Shown: in pieces, positions 25,101-37,198 of the stretch | Layout: every line of letters begins with the position of its first letter | Position numbering within the stretch: the stretch's first letter is position 1 | Assembly: GCA_965287045.1 (NCBI GenBank) | Contig: OZ336886.1 | Span: 29,202,001 to 29,266,000, forward strand | From: Carcharhinus amblyrhynchos | Lineage: Eukaryota | Length of the DNA stretch: 64,000 nt | Direction of reading: 5' to 3' | Program-made: the position numbers and the translations under genes | Notes under the pieces: generated by a model | The model's input: only the letters and a program-made list of their open reading frames with translations | What the model was told of the DNA's origin: nothing | The model's database searches: none

Positions 25101-26794
25101 TCTGAATACTTCATCAATCAGTAATTTCATCAACCTTATAAATGAGCCTCAGATGCAAACATACTTTTCTGCTCAATAATGATGACTCCTAGTTCTTAAT
25201 CATCTATAGGTGTCCACAATTTCTTTATGCTTACATCTTGATCTTGTCAAGTGCTGGCCCATTACTTTTAGTGTTGTCCCTCCTGGACCTTGCAAATGGA
25301 TGCAAAATGGCTGTAATAAGATATTTTAAACCCATTTAACTTCATCAGATAACACTGAAACACGTGTGCCATTGTCTAGCTTAAATTCAGTGGAGTGACA
25401 AAGTCTAATTTAATGCTCCAATAATTATTTTCTGTTTCCATAATTGCTCTTAAGGAGGTTTTTTTTCTTGTGGCTGTTCTACTTTTTGGATTTGATTTGG
25501 TTTTGTTATTTTTTTTCCCCTATTAGCCAGAGGAATTTTGGAACTGCAGACTATTTTAAAATGCTCTAACTGCCCACAGCTGCTCCTGCTGGGGAATCTT
25601 CCTGCATCTGTGGGGTTTTCCTGCCACACTTATAGTATCTCAAAATGGTGTTACCTTGTCTTGCCTTTTCCCAATTTTGCAGGCTTTTGCTTCACTGCAC
25701 TCTTCTTTTTGTCTCACATGTTGAATGGCTTTCCCCATTGCTATCCAAGAGTCACCACTTTTCCCATGGACAACAGTTCTGTTTTGCTTCTTAAACTCAG
25801 TATATCACACTGTTTGTACTGTCTTTGTGGGAGTTAAATCTTCTCTCATCTGTAAAAGGTCTGAAAGCACTTTGTTCAACACCCTAACCAGTATACGGTC
25901 ATATATGAAGTAATCTCTGCAAATCAAATAGCTGCAATCTCTGCCAGTCTGAATGGGTCATTTATAAATGAGTCTAAGCATTCACCTGTTTTTTTTTGCC
26001 TCTTCTTACTAAATTTCATTTGCTCAATGATGAAATTTTCTTGAACACTGCAAAATGAATAGAATGCTGGAGGACTTCTTCATCTGAGCACAAAGCCTCA
26101 TTGATGCCTTGTCTTGCAATATCATCTGCTAATGGCTCCTACTCTATAAAGTACTGATCTGATCCCTCTTGTGCAAACCTGGTCCGTATCAGGAGAATCC
26201 TTGCTTCCAATTTCCCCAGTGTTGGGCCTGTTGTGAGCAGGTACAGATTGCCACTCCCAGATGGCAATGTCAATTTCATGCTTACCCTAAGCTCTAAATC
26301 TGTTGTTTCTTTAAAGATGTGGCTTTTAGATTGTGATCTGTATTCACTGGTGTCTGGACCCCAAACCAGTGTGTCTGCTGATATTCTGAGCTGAGCCTGT
26401 AAGCTTTTTTTTTCTCTTGCCCTTTTACTAAGGATTTCTAAGTCTTAGTGGTCTGCAGTCTTCTGTTTTTTGTTTGTCTGGGTCTTTATGCTCTGCACCA
26501 TGCTATGGTTGGTGTGTATGAAACTTTGACAGAAGCCACCACCTATTTTGCCTTGGATTTGGTGTCTAGAAAGCATTTCTTTACAGCCTGCCTGTTGCCC
26601 TAAGAACATGATCATAGACTGTTATTCGTAAAATACATTCTTGTTTATTCACAGATCTATGTACATTTCAGCACTTTGCACGAAGTTATACTTCTGCTCC
26701 ACACCAGATTTTTGTCTCATGTGACATATCATCAGAGTTACATCAGTGGTTATGTCAGTATCAGGTGTTTCTGGTGTTAATCCTTTACTCTACA
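22119..26794 (-). mobile_element. Decayed full-length Ty3/Gypsy LTR retrotransposon
   Basis: Related LTRs at about 22119-22412 and 26501-26794, both ending ctctaca on the plus strand. PBS-like TGGTGCAG follows the 5' LTR and a purine tract (ggggtaaa) precedes the 3' LTR. Internal minus-strand motifs run gag, protease FKLDNGT (about 25370), RT CVDLTQLNK / KLDVNNGFWQLPL / FRLDDTLV (24600-24900), then integrase YGFTHMTGSPRYPQ (about 23130). Confidence 0.88.
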
Positions 26795-26929
26795 GTAGAC
26801 ATGTGAAAAAATGACTGAGGGATATTTTGTGCAGATGACAAATAATGGACACCTCTGTTTTATTTCAGCAGTTCATCCTCACTTAAAAATACAAAATACA
26901 AAAAATACAAAAAAATTCTCCATCCCTAA

Positions 26930-27395
26930 AGGGAAACTCAAAGCAGGAGTAGGCCATTTGGCCCTTCGAGCCAGCTCCACCATTCATTATGATCGTGGCT
27001 GATCATCAAATTCAATATCCTGACCAACCCTTCCCCCATTTCCCTTGATCCCTTTAGCCCCAGGAGTTATATCTAATCTCTTGAAATCATACAATGGTTT
27101 GGCCTCAACTACTTTTTGTGGTAGTGAATTCCACACATTCACCACCCTCTGGATGAATAAATTTCTCTTCACCTCAATTTGAAAAGGTTTACCTCTTATC
27201 AAACTATGACCACTAGTTCTGAACTCCCCCACCATTCAGAACGTTCTTTCTGAATCTATCCTGTCTGACCCAATTATAACTTATAAAACTTATTACTCTA
27301 AGTTTCTATGAGATCACCTCTTACTCTTCTAAACTCCAATGAATATAATCCTAACTGACTTAATCTCTCCTCATATGGCAGACCTGACATCCCAG
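26930..27395 (-). mobile_element. CR1 3' fragment
   Basis: ORF 26987-27235 RTSGHSLIRGKPF...QRVVNVWNSLPQKVVEA plus 3'UTR. Confidence 0.88.
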
Positions 27396-27559
27396 GATAG
27401 CTTAACTGAAGCTATATTGTAGGCTCTTGATTTACCCAATTGAAAAATGTGAAATGTTCATTACTGGGCAAGGAATTATACAGGGACTTGAATTCCACAT
27501 TTAGGTAAAATCTCAGAATTCCTGAGTGCAACAACTTATCCAAAGTAACAATAAATATA

Positions 27560-28370
27560 ATCTATAAAGCAGCATGAAACATGTTTCAAGTTGCTTCACA
27601 GAGGCATAGGCAAATAAAAATTCATACTGAGCCAAAGAAGGAAATATTGAGAAGGGTGGCTAAAGTTGGATCAAAGATGTGGGTTTTTAAGAGAGTCTTA
27701 AAAGAGAAAAGAAAGGTTGAGAGTTTTAGCGAGACAATTCCAGAGCTTATGACTTAAATTTTTGATGACACGGCAATTAACAGTGGGACAAAGGAAATGA
27801 GAGATTCATGAGACCATAGTTGGAATTATGCTAAGTTCTCAGATAATTCCAAGGCTTGCAGTATATGGGAAAGGTGAGACCGTAAAGGGTTTGAACACAA
27901 AGATGAGAATTTCAAATTGGAAGTTTTAGAAATTGAGAGGCAAAATAAATCAGTGAGCACAGGTATGATGGGTGAACAGGATTTGCAATAGGTTAGGATA
28001 CGAACACCAGAGGTTTTGATTGACTGAAGCTTACTGGTGGCCAGTCAAAAGAACATTTGAGTTTGAATGTAAAAAAGGCATGGATGTGAATTTTGTCAGT
28101 AAATAGTCTGAGGCAGGTGTATAAATTAAGCAATGTTATCAAGCTGGAATTAGGTATTTTTGTAATGAAGAGGATATGGGAGTCTGAGTTGGCTTGGGTC
28201 ACACAGGACCGTGAGCAGCTGGTTGCAGACGAAGATAATGGTTGCAGAGGGAAATGGGTAAAGGTACAGAGATTGTGGTGAGTGCCAAAGGTGATGGCTT
28301 TGATATTTTCAACGTTTAACTCAAATAAATTGCACCTCATCCAAGTCTAGATATCAGACAAGCAGATTAA
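27560..28370 (-). mobile_element. Ancient L2-type LINE 3' fragment
   Basis: Purine-rich plus strand with L2-like 3' motifs (gcttcacag, ttttaagagagtcttaaa, aattccagagc). Confidence 0.6.
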
Positions 28371-28399
28371 TAACATAGACACAGTAGAGGGTGGGGCAA

Positions 28400-29495
28400 T
28401 TTTTTGAATGATAAGGTCAATGCTGTTGATGTGGTGGACATGGGCCTCCAAATGGCAACTGATGCAGTGCCGCACAACAGACTTGTGAGCACGGAATAAA
28501 AGAGACAATAGCAACAATGGTACAAACTTGGCTCAGAGACAGGAAACAGAGAGTAGTGATTAATGGATTTTTTTCCAGACTGGAGGAAGGCTGGTAGCGG
28601 AACATCCCAGGGATCAGTGTTGGGACTCTTACTTTTCTTCAGATAGATTAATGACCCAGTCATTGCTGTACAAGGCACAATTTCAAAATTTGCAGATAAT
28701 ACGAAACTTAGATTGCGAACTGTGAAGAGGGTGGTGTAGAAATTACGAAGGACATAGACAGTTTGGTAGCATGGGCAAGTAAGTGGCAGAAAAAGTTCAG
28801 TCTGGAAAAATATGAAATGATTTGTTTTGATGTGGAGAACATGAAGATACAACATAAAGGTTAAAAATCTCAAGGAGGTGGAGGAGCAAAGGGACTTGGG
28901 TGTATATACACGTAAGTTATTAAAAGTGGAAGAAAAGTTCAGAGAGTGGCAATTAAAGCATATAGTATCCCAAGGCTTTATTAATAGGGGCATACAGTAC
29001 AAGAGCAAGGAGAATTGTTGAACTTCTACAAGACACACAGCTGGAGTACTGTGTCCAGTTCTGGATGCCACATTTTTGAAAGTGGGTGAAGGTATTAATG
29101 TGCAGGAAAAAGAATCACAAGAATGGTTTCTGGGATGAGGAACTTCATTTATAGATGGAAGAATTTGGGACTATTCTCCTTGGAGAAGAGGCGGTTGAGA
29201 GGAAATTTCATAGGGGTATTCAATATAATGAGGCATCTGGACATACTAGAGAGGGTACAGATTTAAAGTAATTTGCAAATGAAACAAAAGTTTAGAATGC
29301 AATACCTGAGACTGTGGTAGAAGTAAGTTCAGTCGAGAAATTCAAAGGTGACTAGACCATTATCTGAAAAGGAAGAATGTGCAATGTTGTGGAGAGAAAG
29401 TGGGAGAATGGCAGTAGGTGAATTGCTTATTCAAAGAACCAATGCAGATGATGGGTGAAATAGCCTCTGCTGTGCTGCAATAATCCTGTGAATTT
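28400..29495 (+). mobile_element. Degraded CR1 RT-to-3' fragment
   Basis: AVDVVDMGLQMATDAVPHNRL, SGTSQGSVLGLLLF, SKFADNTKL and LEYCVQFW motifs plus 3'UTR. Confidence 0.88.
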
Positions 29496-31187
29496 GTGCT
29501 TCAGAAAACCATCCATGTTCTGAAAACAAACACTAGATTTGAAGGTCAAAATAGCCCCTAACCTCACTGTCTCTGTTATTTCAAGGTATGACAGACAACA
29601 CCAATGATGATAATCAATCTGTTACCACACGTATTTAAAACAAGTGAATTAGGCTTAGCTATAGACACCTCCCAATGTTCAAAGGCATCAATTGCTGCTG
29701 TAAATAGTCTGAGCTTCTTTGGAGCAGCACCCAACCTGCAAAAGCATACAAAATGGGTTGTTTCACATTCGCCGCCTGTATATTGGGTGGGCAGTATTGA
29801 CATGTTTAGGATTCCAATTAAATTTCACCCCCTTTTAGTTCATGGGAGTTGACTCACGCTGTACATCTACTTCTGGGATGTAACAATAATATTCCCTTGA
29901 GCCCTGAATTATAAATTTTTTTTCTTTGGCACATAATTATTTTTCAATCCCTCTGAAGGCAGACTGAGCAAGCAAGATGAGGCACAGTTTGATTTGAATT
30001 GTAAACTGCTTTTTTCCACAATATACAGACCAAGAGGTATGACCAGTACAATTATATTCACACAATAGTAAAAAAAAGATACTACTTGCACTTGTGTGGG
30101 TCTTTTTACTTAATTTAGCAGAATAATCCCTCTGCATTGGCCACAGGCAGACCTGATATCCTAGCAGTGTCGTCTCCCTTTTGCTGTTTTCTGGTTGAAA
30201 AGCCTCTCACTTTCATAGACTGCCAGAGATCAAAGGGTTTTTTCAGTGATATAATAATGAATCACATATTGATACATCTCTGGAAGGAGCAATTTTCAAT
30301 TAGTAAATTAACCACCTTTCCACCCATGTGAAAATACACATTGCACCATTGCAATATATTCTTCTTGCAATTTTTAAGCCTTGTTAAGTATTTCTTTTCA
30401 TGGTTATATTTCTGCTTTGAAGGGAAGGATAATAATGTTTACATACCCCACTGATTAGTGTACAGAGAGATTGAGATAATAACATTCTTTTGTAGTTCTT
30501 GCATTTGAACTAAATAAGCACATGTAAACCTGGAAATTATGTTGTGTATTATTATCACATAAATGTTTATTGTACTCACGCCAAACCTGTTTACTTGCTA
30601 TTTTATTGGCAATGTTAATCCAGGTAAAATCAGATCAGGCTGAAGTTTTATTAACAAATATATAGGAGTGATTCTCCCAACCCGCTGTGCTAACTTTTAG
30701 CGTGGCGGGCCACGAGAATCGCGCGGCGGCTGATTCGTGGGATTCACGCATGTGTTCCCGACGTGCGTGCATCTCCCAGTGCTGGACATCCGGTGCAAGT
30801 TGGGGCCACGCTGGAAACTCGCAAGAACAGCAGGTAAGACATTTTAATCTATTTTAAATATTATTTAAATGTGATTATTGGGCCCGGTACTGAATTCTCT
30901 GGGCCTGCTAGCATCTCCCACCAGTGGGGGTTCAGGCTAACTCCCCACTTTTGGGGAAGTAGCAGGAGACCCTGCTAGAGTGAAGGGGAGACAACTGAAG
31001 ACCCCCAAGGGTCAAGCAGTGGGGGGGTAAAGCCCCCAGGCATGGGCTCTCTGACAGTGCAAGCCTGTGGCATCTGGTATTGCCCAAGGGGCAAAGTGCC
31101 CATGCCTAGGGGCACCTTGGCACTGCCCACTGGGCATGGAGCAGTGCCAAAGGAGTGAGGCGTAGAGGACAGGACCAGCTGGGAGTT

Positions 31188-31309
31188 GGGCCTAGTGGGC
31201 AATCTGTGGGAGTGTGGGGTGGGGGTGTCCACTCTGCATTGGGAGCGATCGGGCCTAGCCGGCAATCTGTGGGGGTGTGGGGTGGGGGTGTCCACTCTGC
31301 ATTGGGAGT
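31188..31309 (+). repeat. 63-bp G-rich tandem duplication (two copies)
   Basis: gggcctag..ggcaatctgtggg.gtgtggggtgggggtgtccactctgcattgggag occurs at 31188 and 31251. Confidence 0.9.
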
Positions 31310-31786
31310 ACAAAGAACAAAGAACAACCCAGCACGGGAAACAGGCCCTTCGGCCCAACGAGCCCGCGCCGCCGCATCCTCCTACACCTATTCTACCCTG
31401 CGTGGCTACGAGTGGAACCCCTAACTTAGCCAGATTCAGGGGAGAATAGTGTCAATTTGGTAAACCAATCAGCCTAAGAGCACATCTTTGGGGTGTGGGA
31501 GGAAACCGGAGCGCCCGGAGGAAACCCACGCAACCACAGGGAGAATGCGCAAACTCCCACAGACACAGGCCCAAATCCATGTATCTGCACAGCTAGCAGT
31601 GCTAGTCACTGAGCTGTTGCGGCGCCCGTCTACCAGTCCAGGATCAAGCACACACACCGACACGAAGTACGAGGCCACTCCCGGAACCTCCAAGAGCAGC
31701 CCACGCACGACCCACCGTGTGCATGCCCCTCGTTTGACAACAAGGTGGACCTCCACCTGCAGAATAAAAAGACAAAAACGTTAACA
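31310..31786 (-). mobile_element. Composite CpG-rich V-SINE with a deleted B box and a ~160-bp 5' extension
   Basis: GAGT duplicated at 31306-31309 and 31787-31790. (ttctttg)n CR1-type tail, V-domain, and head gggcgccgcaacagctcagtgactagcactgc with no ggttcaa B box. Confidence 0.8.
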
Positions 31787-32619
31787 GAGTGATCAGAGCT
31801 GGAGGGAGGCCAGCGATTGGAGCAGGCCGAAAGAGGGGAGGGGTGATCTGCTGGGGTGATTTGCCTCCCGTGGGGGCAGGGGGGTGGGAGGGGAGCATAT
31901 TGTCACTGCTGAAGGGGCGGGGGGGATGGTGGCTGGAGATCGGAGTGCTCCAGAATGGTGGGCAAGGTTGGGGTTGTCTCGGGAATGCTTGCAGGGGCCA
32001 CAATTGGACCATGGGTGTGTTGGGAGGGGCAGCACTGTGGGTTCCTGGGCTGGCCGGTGATCGAGTTGACCAGCAAAGTGCAGGCTGACAGTTTGGGGCC
32101 ACTACGCATAGACAGCGGCCCGGAACTGTGAGACTCTGGTGCAAGTAGGCCCTGCCCCCCGAGCTTTTAATGATATGCCCAGTTGTAACCTCAGCAGTGC
32201 ACAGTGTGTGTGAGATTCTAGTGTGAACTCCCACTGAAAAAAACTACCATGATTTACACCAGTTTCCCTGTGAATTCAGCATTCTCCTAGAACTTTTTTG
32301 CGAGAATCACCCCCATATTTTCCAGGTTATAACGAATTAAGTTCACAACTAGTTGTAGTTATTAAATACAGTTCCAGAGGCAAAATCTTGAGGTTGGATT
32401 TTTTTTGAAAAGCAGAAATAAAAGAAAGAAAAAGATGTTTATAATAAAACACTATTGGGTGCATTGTGAATAGGAGACTGATGCTCCAAAATTGCACATC
32501 CTTTCTAGCAAAATTCAAATACGTCCATACTTGCCCACATTGACGTTATTCATCCATATAATGTTTGTTGGGGCCTTGTTTAAGGGCTACCAATGCCCTC
32601 CCCAAATGAAGTCACCAAT

Positions 32620-33590
32620 GCTAGAGGTGAGGTGAGAATGACTGCCCATGACACCAAGGCAACATTTGACCAAGTATGGTATCAAGGAACCATGGAAAAC
32701 CGCAGTCAATGGGGGTCACGGGTAAAATCCTTCACTGGTTGGATCATACCTGGCACAATGAAAGATGATTGCGGTGGTTGGAAGGCAATCATCTCAGTTC
32801 CAGGACATCACCACAGGAGTCCCTGAAGATTGTGTCCTAGGTTCAACCATCTCCAGCTGCTTCGTCAATAACCTTCCCTCCATAATAAGATCAGAAATGG
32901 GGATGTTCGCAGCTGACTGCACAATGTTTGGTGTCATTTGTGACTCCACAGATACGGAAACAGTCTATATCCAAATGCACAAGACCTGGACAATATCCAA
33001 GACAAATGCGCCAAGTAATGGCCATCTCCAAGAGAGAATCTAACCATTTCCTTTGACATTCAATGGTATTAGCATTGCTGAACTCCTCACCATCAACATT
33101 CTGGGGGTTACAATTGACCAGAAACTGAACTGGACTAACCATATAAATACTGTAGCTACAAGAGTAGGTCAGTGGCTAGAAATCCTGCAAAGAGCATCTC
33201 ACCTCCTGACTCCCCAAAGCTTGTCTACTATGTACAAGGCACAAGATGGGAGTATGATGGAATATTCCATCATAACTTTCCATTTGCCAAGATGAATGCA
33301 GCCCCAACAACACTGAAGAAGTTTGACAGATATCTGGGAACACCACCACCTGGAGGTTCCCCTCCAAGTCACTCACCATTCTGACATGGAATTATATTGC
33401 CGTTCCTTCACAGTCGCTGGATCAAAATCATGGACCACCCTTCCTTACAGCACTGTGGTGTACCGACACCTCAGGGACTGCAGTGGTTCAAGGATGCAGC
33501 TCACCATCACCTTCTGAATGGCGTCTAGGGGTGGGCAATAAATGCTTGCTTAACCAGTGACTCTCAAATCCCATAAATGAATAAAATAAT
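32620..33590 (+). mobile_element. CR1/L2-group LINE RT-to-3' fragment (family distinct from HER1)
   Basis: TAHDTKATFDQVWYQG, GVPEDCVLGSTI..FVNNLP, MFAADCT and ILGVTIDQKLNWTNHI motifs. Tail gggtgggcaataaatgc...aaatgaataaaa. Confidence 0.85.
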
Positions 33591-34289
33591 TAAATAAATT
33601 TAGTGGGAGCAAAGTTTATAATGAGTAACTCTTTAGTACACCCAGTGAAATAAGTCATACTACTACCCTCCTGATGGGCAGAGATGTGGCCCAATCAGGG
33701 GAAAACCACTTGGGATCATGAACTTGATTCTAAAATCACAAAGAAGGAATATGTAGTGTTTTTTTTAAATGCCCCTCACACACAAGGGTTTCGAGTGCAG
33801 GGATAGGTGGATGGAGTGTGGGGGAATGAGGGAGGTGGGAGTGGTTGGTGATAGGATAGGGTCTAACATTTCAATCCAACCACAAGGTAGGACAGTTTTC
33901 ATTGGTATCTCTGACAAATTCAGCAGGGAGTACCACAGATGTACTTTTCCACTCTGGAGACTCCTTCCACTGACCTTTAAACTTTGTGAGCTCAGGAGTA
34001 AAGTTCAGCAGTGAGTGAGGCCCTGCTTTAACTGCTGGGATTGAGGTTCCATGGTTTTTTAAGTCATTGTATGGCATTAACCGACCTCCTCAACCCTCAT
34101 TGTATAATGCATGAATCACTTCCTGGCTGACAAGCAGCAGCAACAATGACACACTGTGGTGGGAACTGTGGTGGACAGTGGAGGGGTGGACAATAGAGAA
34201 ATGGACAGCAGGGAGGGGAAAGGAGAGGGCAATAAATGAGGGATCAAAGTTGCAGGAGGCACTACCCACTTAACAGGGGATCCAGGTCT

Positions 34290-35250
34290 CAGCTTCCTTG
34301 AACTCTCTGAAGACCAGTGCTTCCTGAGGCTCACATTAACATGCCAAGTAAAAGCAGACATCTGCAGCCTTCCAGAAGAACTGCTTCCTGCTAGACCTGT
34401 TGGCTATGTGTTGCCTGTCAATGTGAAAATCACTGCTGCCTTAAATTTGTTTGCCACTAACCTCTTCAAGATGCAGTGAGGGTTTCCTGATCTGCTGCTC
34501 ATAAACCTATAAGGCAGGTGAATGATTGGTTATTTGCCTAGGAGTCAACAATACCAACTTCTTTTGAGATAACATAAGAACATAAGAACATAAGAAATAG
34601 GAGCAGGAGTAGGCCATCTGGCCCTTCGAGCCTGCCCCGCCATTCAATAAGATCATGGCTGATTTGTCGTGGCTCAGTTCCACTTTCCGGCCCTCTCCCC
34701 ATAACCCTTAATCCCCTCTCTTATCAAAAACCCATCAACCCGCTTCTTGAAAATATTTAGCGAGGCAGCCTCCACCACTTCAACGGGTAGAGAATTCCAG
34801 AGATTCACCACCCTTTGAGTGAAGAAGTTCCTCCTCAACTCCGTTCTAAAACGCCCCCCCTTTATCTTGAGGCTGTGCCCCCTAGTCCTACTGTCTTTTT
34901 TGAGCGGGAAGAGTCTCTCCACCTCTATCCTATCCATCCCATTCCTCATCTTATACGTCTCAATGAGATCTCCCCTCATTCTTCTAAACTCCAACGAGTA
35001 CAAGCCTAGTTTATTCAGCCTCTCCTCATAGCTCAACCCCCTCAACTCCGGTATCAGCCTAGTAAACCTCCTCTGCACTCCCTCCAAGGCCAAAATATCT
35101 TTGCGCAGGTGCGGCGCCCAAACAATAACAATAGCCAGAATGAGCAGGCACTCAAGAGTTACATCTGTGGTGAGATTCCCACAGATACAGAATGTCATTG
35201 ATTACACACACAACACAATCCAAAGACCATCAGATCAACCAGGAACTTTC
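34290..35250 (+). pseudogene. Third Harbinger transposase relic, split by a young CR1
   Basis: LELSEDQCFLRL and GYVLPVNVKITAALNLFAT lie before the insertion, and RFPQIQNVIDYTH lies after it. Confidence 0.75.
34571..35122 (-). mobile_element. Young 5'-truncated CR1 (HER1-like), sister of 7929-8574
   Basis: Open ORF2 C-terminus (WAPHLRKDILALEGVQRRF...GKWN*) and a (ttcttatg)n tail. About 14 differences from the 8-kb copy over about 545 bp by manual comparison. Confidence 0.95.
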
Positions 35251-36509
35251 ATCTAAATTGAGACACAACTCTTGACTGTGCTGAATAAATTGTGAAACCT
35301 CTCCCTGTCTTTCTACAAACTCCAATTCCCCCAAATGAATTCACCATTCAAATAATTGTGTTCACAGCTTGTCCGGTTGGTGTGCATCATGTTCACTGAC
35401 GTACAAAAACCTCTAGATAAAATGAAAAATAAATTGCAATGTTGTTGAAATCAGACAGTATGATGTACCAAACTTTTCCTGGATTTATGCCCAATATATA
35501 TCACAATACCCTGATGTGTAGGTGTGTAATTACATTTTCATAAAGGAAGACTTTGAAATGCTTATCCTACAGGTATAGTTTCATTTCTAGGCAAATGGAA
35601 TCTCTCCGACTTCTTTATGTTCAATTAAGTTTACAGATTTAGAGGAGCATGTTAAGATTCACATCACAAACAATGATCATATATAAAACAACTAATGCTT
35701 TAAAATAAATGGAGTGGGATTTTAATTCAACAGTAGTTCCATCTGGCGTTTCATTAAGAAACATTGTCCTGCCATGTAAAAATTCACTGAATACTAAACA
35801 AAGACTAGGGATTCTCTCCATCACAAACTATGACAGCTGGATGTTAAACTCCAATGTTTTGGCAGGATACAGCCTCTGTGTTTACCCAACTTCACATTTT
35901 AAACACCAATAAACGTATTATTTTGCTGAATGTTATAGTAAGTAAGTATAATAAGTAGAGTAATGTTGTTGTTCTACTTGTAATGTTTGTTATAGCGTGG
36001 CACACTTCTAAAATCTTAGACATAAATTGCAGTTTAAGTTAATCCATGGATAACATAACTCTCCATGCATAATGTCTGCTTTAGTTCATTTCTATATTCA
36101 GTTAACATTAGCAATGTAAAATTGTTTCAATCTGAGTACTGCATCTTAAGTCTTGAAGACAGAACTATAGTGGGCAGGATTAATTATATAAATATTGATA
36201 AATTCAGGATTGAGATTCAATCCTCAGCTTTGACTGATCATCGTATCATCAGCAAATTTGGAAATCTTCTATTCTGTTCCTTCCTCAGGGTCATTAATGC
36301 AAATAGTGAACAATTGCGGGCCAAGAACTGACCGCTGTGGTACTCCACCACTAGTTGCATCTTTCCACTCTGAAAAGGACCCATTAATTCCAACTCTCTG
36401 CTTTCTATGTGACATAATGTGGAGATGCCGGCTTTGGACTGGGGTAAACACAGTAAGAAGTCTCACAACATCAGGTTAAAGTCCAACAGGTTTATTTGGT
36501 AACAAATGC

Positions 36510-36544
36510 CACTAGCTTTTGGAGTGCTGCTCCTTCGTCAGGTG
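36510..36544 (-). ncRNA. Minimal hammerhead ribozyme core in PLE arm (GAAA box mutated to AAAA)
   Basis: Minus strand reads CAC-CTGACGA-aggagcagcactcc-AAAA-GCTA-GTG. Confidence 0.7.
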
Positions 36545-37163
36545 AGTGGGGAGTTCTGATCACAAACAGTGCATATAAAGGCACACTCAGTTTACAGAAT
36601 ACTGATTAGAATGCGAGTCTTTACAGCCAGTCAAGGCTTAAAGGTGCAGAGAATGTGAGTGGAGATAGCATTAAGCATAGATTAAAGAGATGTGTATTGT
36701 CTCCAGACAGGACAGTAAGTGAGATGTTGCAAGCCCAGGCAAGTCATAGGGGTTCAAATAGTGTGACATGAATCCAAGATCCCAGTTAAGGCCGTCCTCA
36801 TGTATGCGGAACTTGATCTTTGGGTAGATGTTCTCCAAGGCAGCCTTCACGGCACATGACAGTGCAGAGTCACTGAGCAGAGACTGATAGCCAAGTTCCA
36901 CACACGAGGACGGCCTCAACCGGGATCTTGGATTCATGTCACACTATTTGTAACCCCCATGACTTGCCTGGGCTTGCAACATCTCACTTACTGTCCTGTC
37001 TGGAGACAATACACATCTCTTTAATCTATGCTTAATGCTTTCTCCAATCGATTTGTCTGGACTTTTAAGACTTGACTACTTGTAAAGACTCGCATTCTAA
37101 TCAGCATTCTGTAAACAGAGTGTGTGCCTTTATATGCACTGTTTGTGATCAGAACTCCATACT

Positions 37164-37198
37164 CACCTGATGAAGGAGCAGTGTTCCAAAAGCTAGTG
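37164..37198 (+). ncRNA. Minimal hammerhead ribozyme core in PLE arm (GAAA box mutated to AAAA)
   Basis: Plus strand reads CAC-CTGATGA-aggagcagtgttcc-AAAA-GCTA-GTG. Confidence 0.7.

Larger units (their letters stand above)
30664..32314. mobile_element. Relatively young non-autonomous Harbinger-like TIR element hosting a SINE insertion
   Basis: TIRs aggagtgattctc (30664) and gagaatcaccccc (32302-32314), T/A flanks, and a GC/CpG-rich interior. Confidence 0.75.

Noticed and set aside
28367-29071. Longest ORF in the track (234 aa, minus strand)
   Set aside because: It is the antisense reading of a decayed CR1 RT.
31188-31309. Direct repeats as a CRISPR-like array
   Set aside because: Only two adjacent copies with no spacers, in a eukaryotic TE context.
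30975-32234. Cluster of overlapping Pro/Gly-rich ORFs and an apparent CpG island
   Set aside because: Explained by a GC-rich TIR element, the 63-bp duplication and the inserted SINE. Stop codons are rare by composition.
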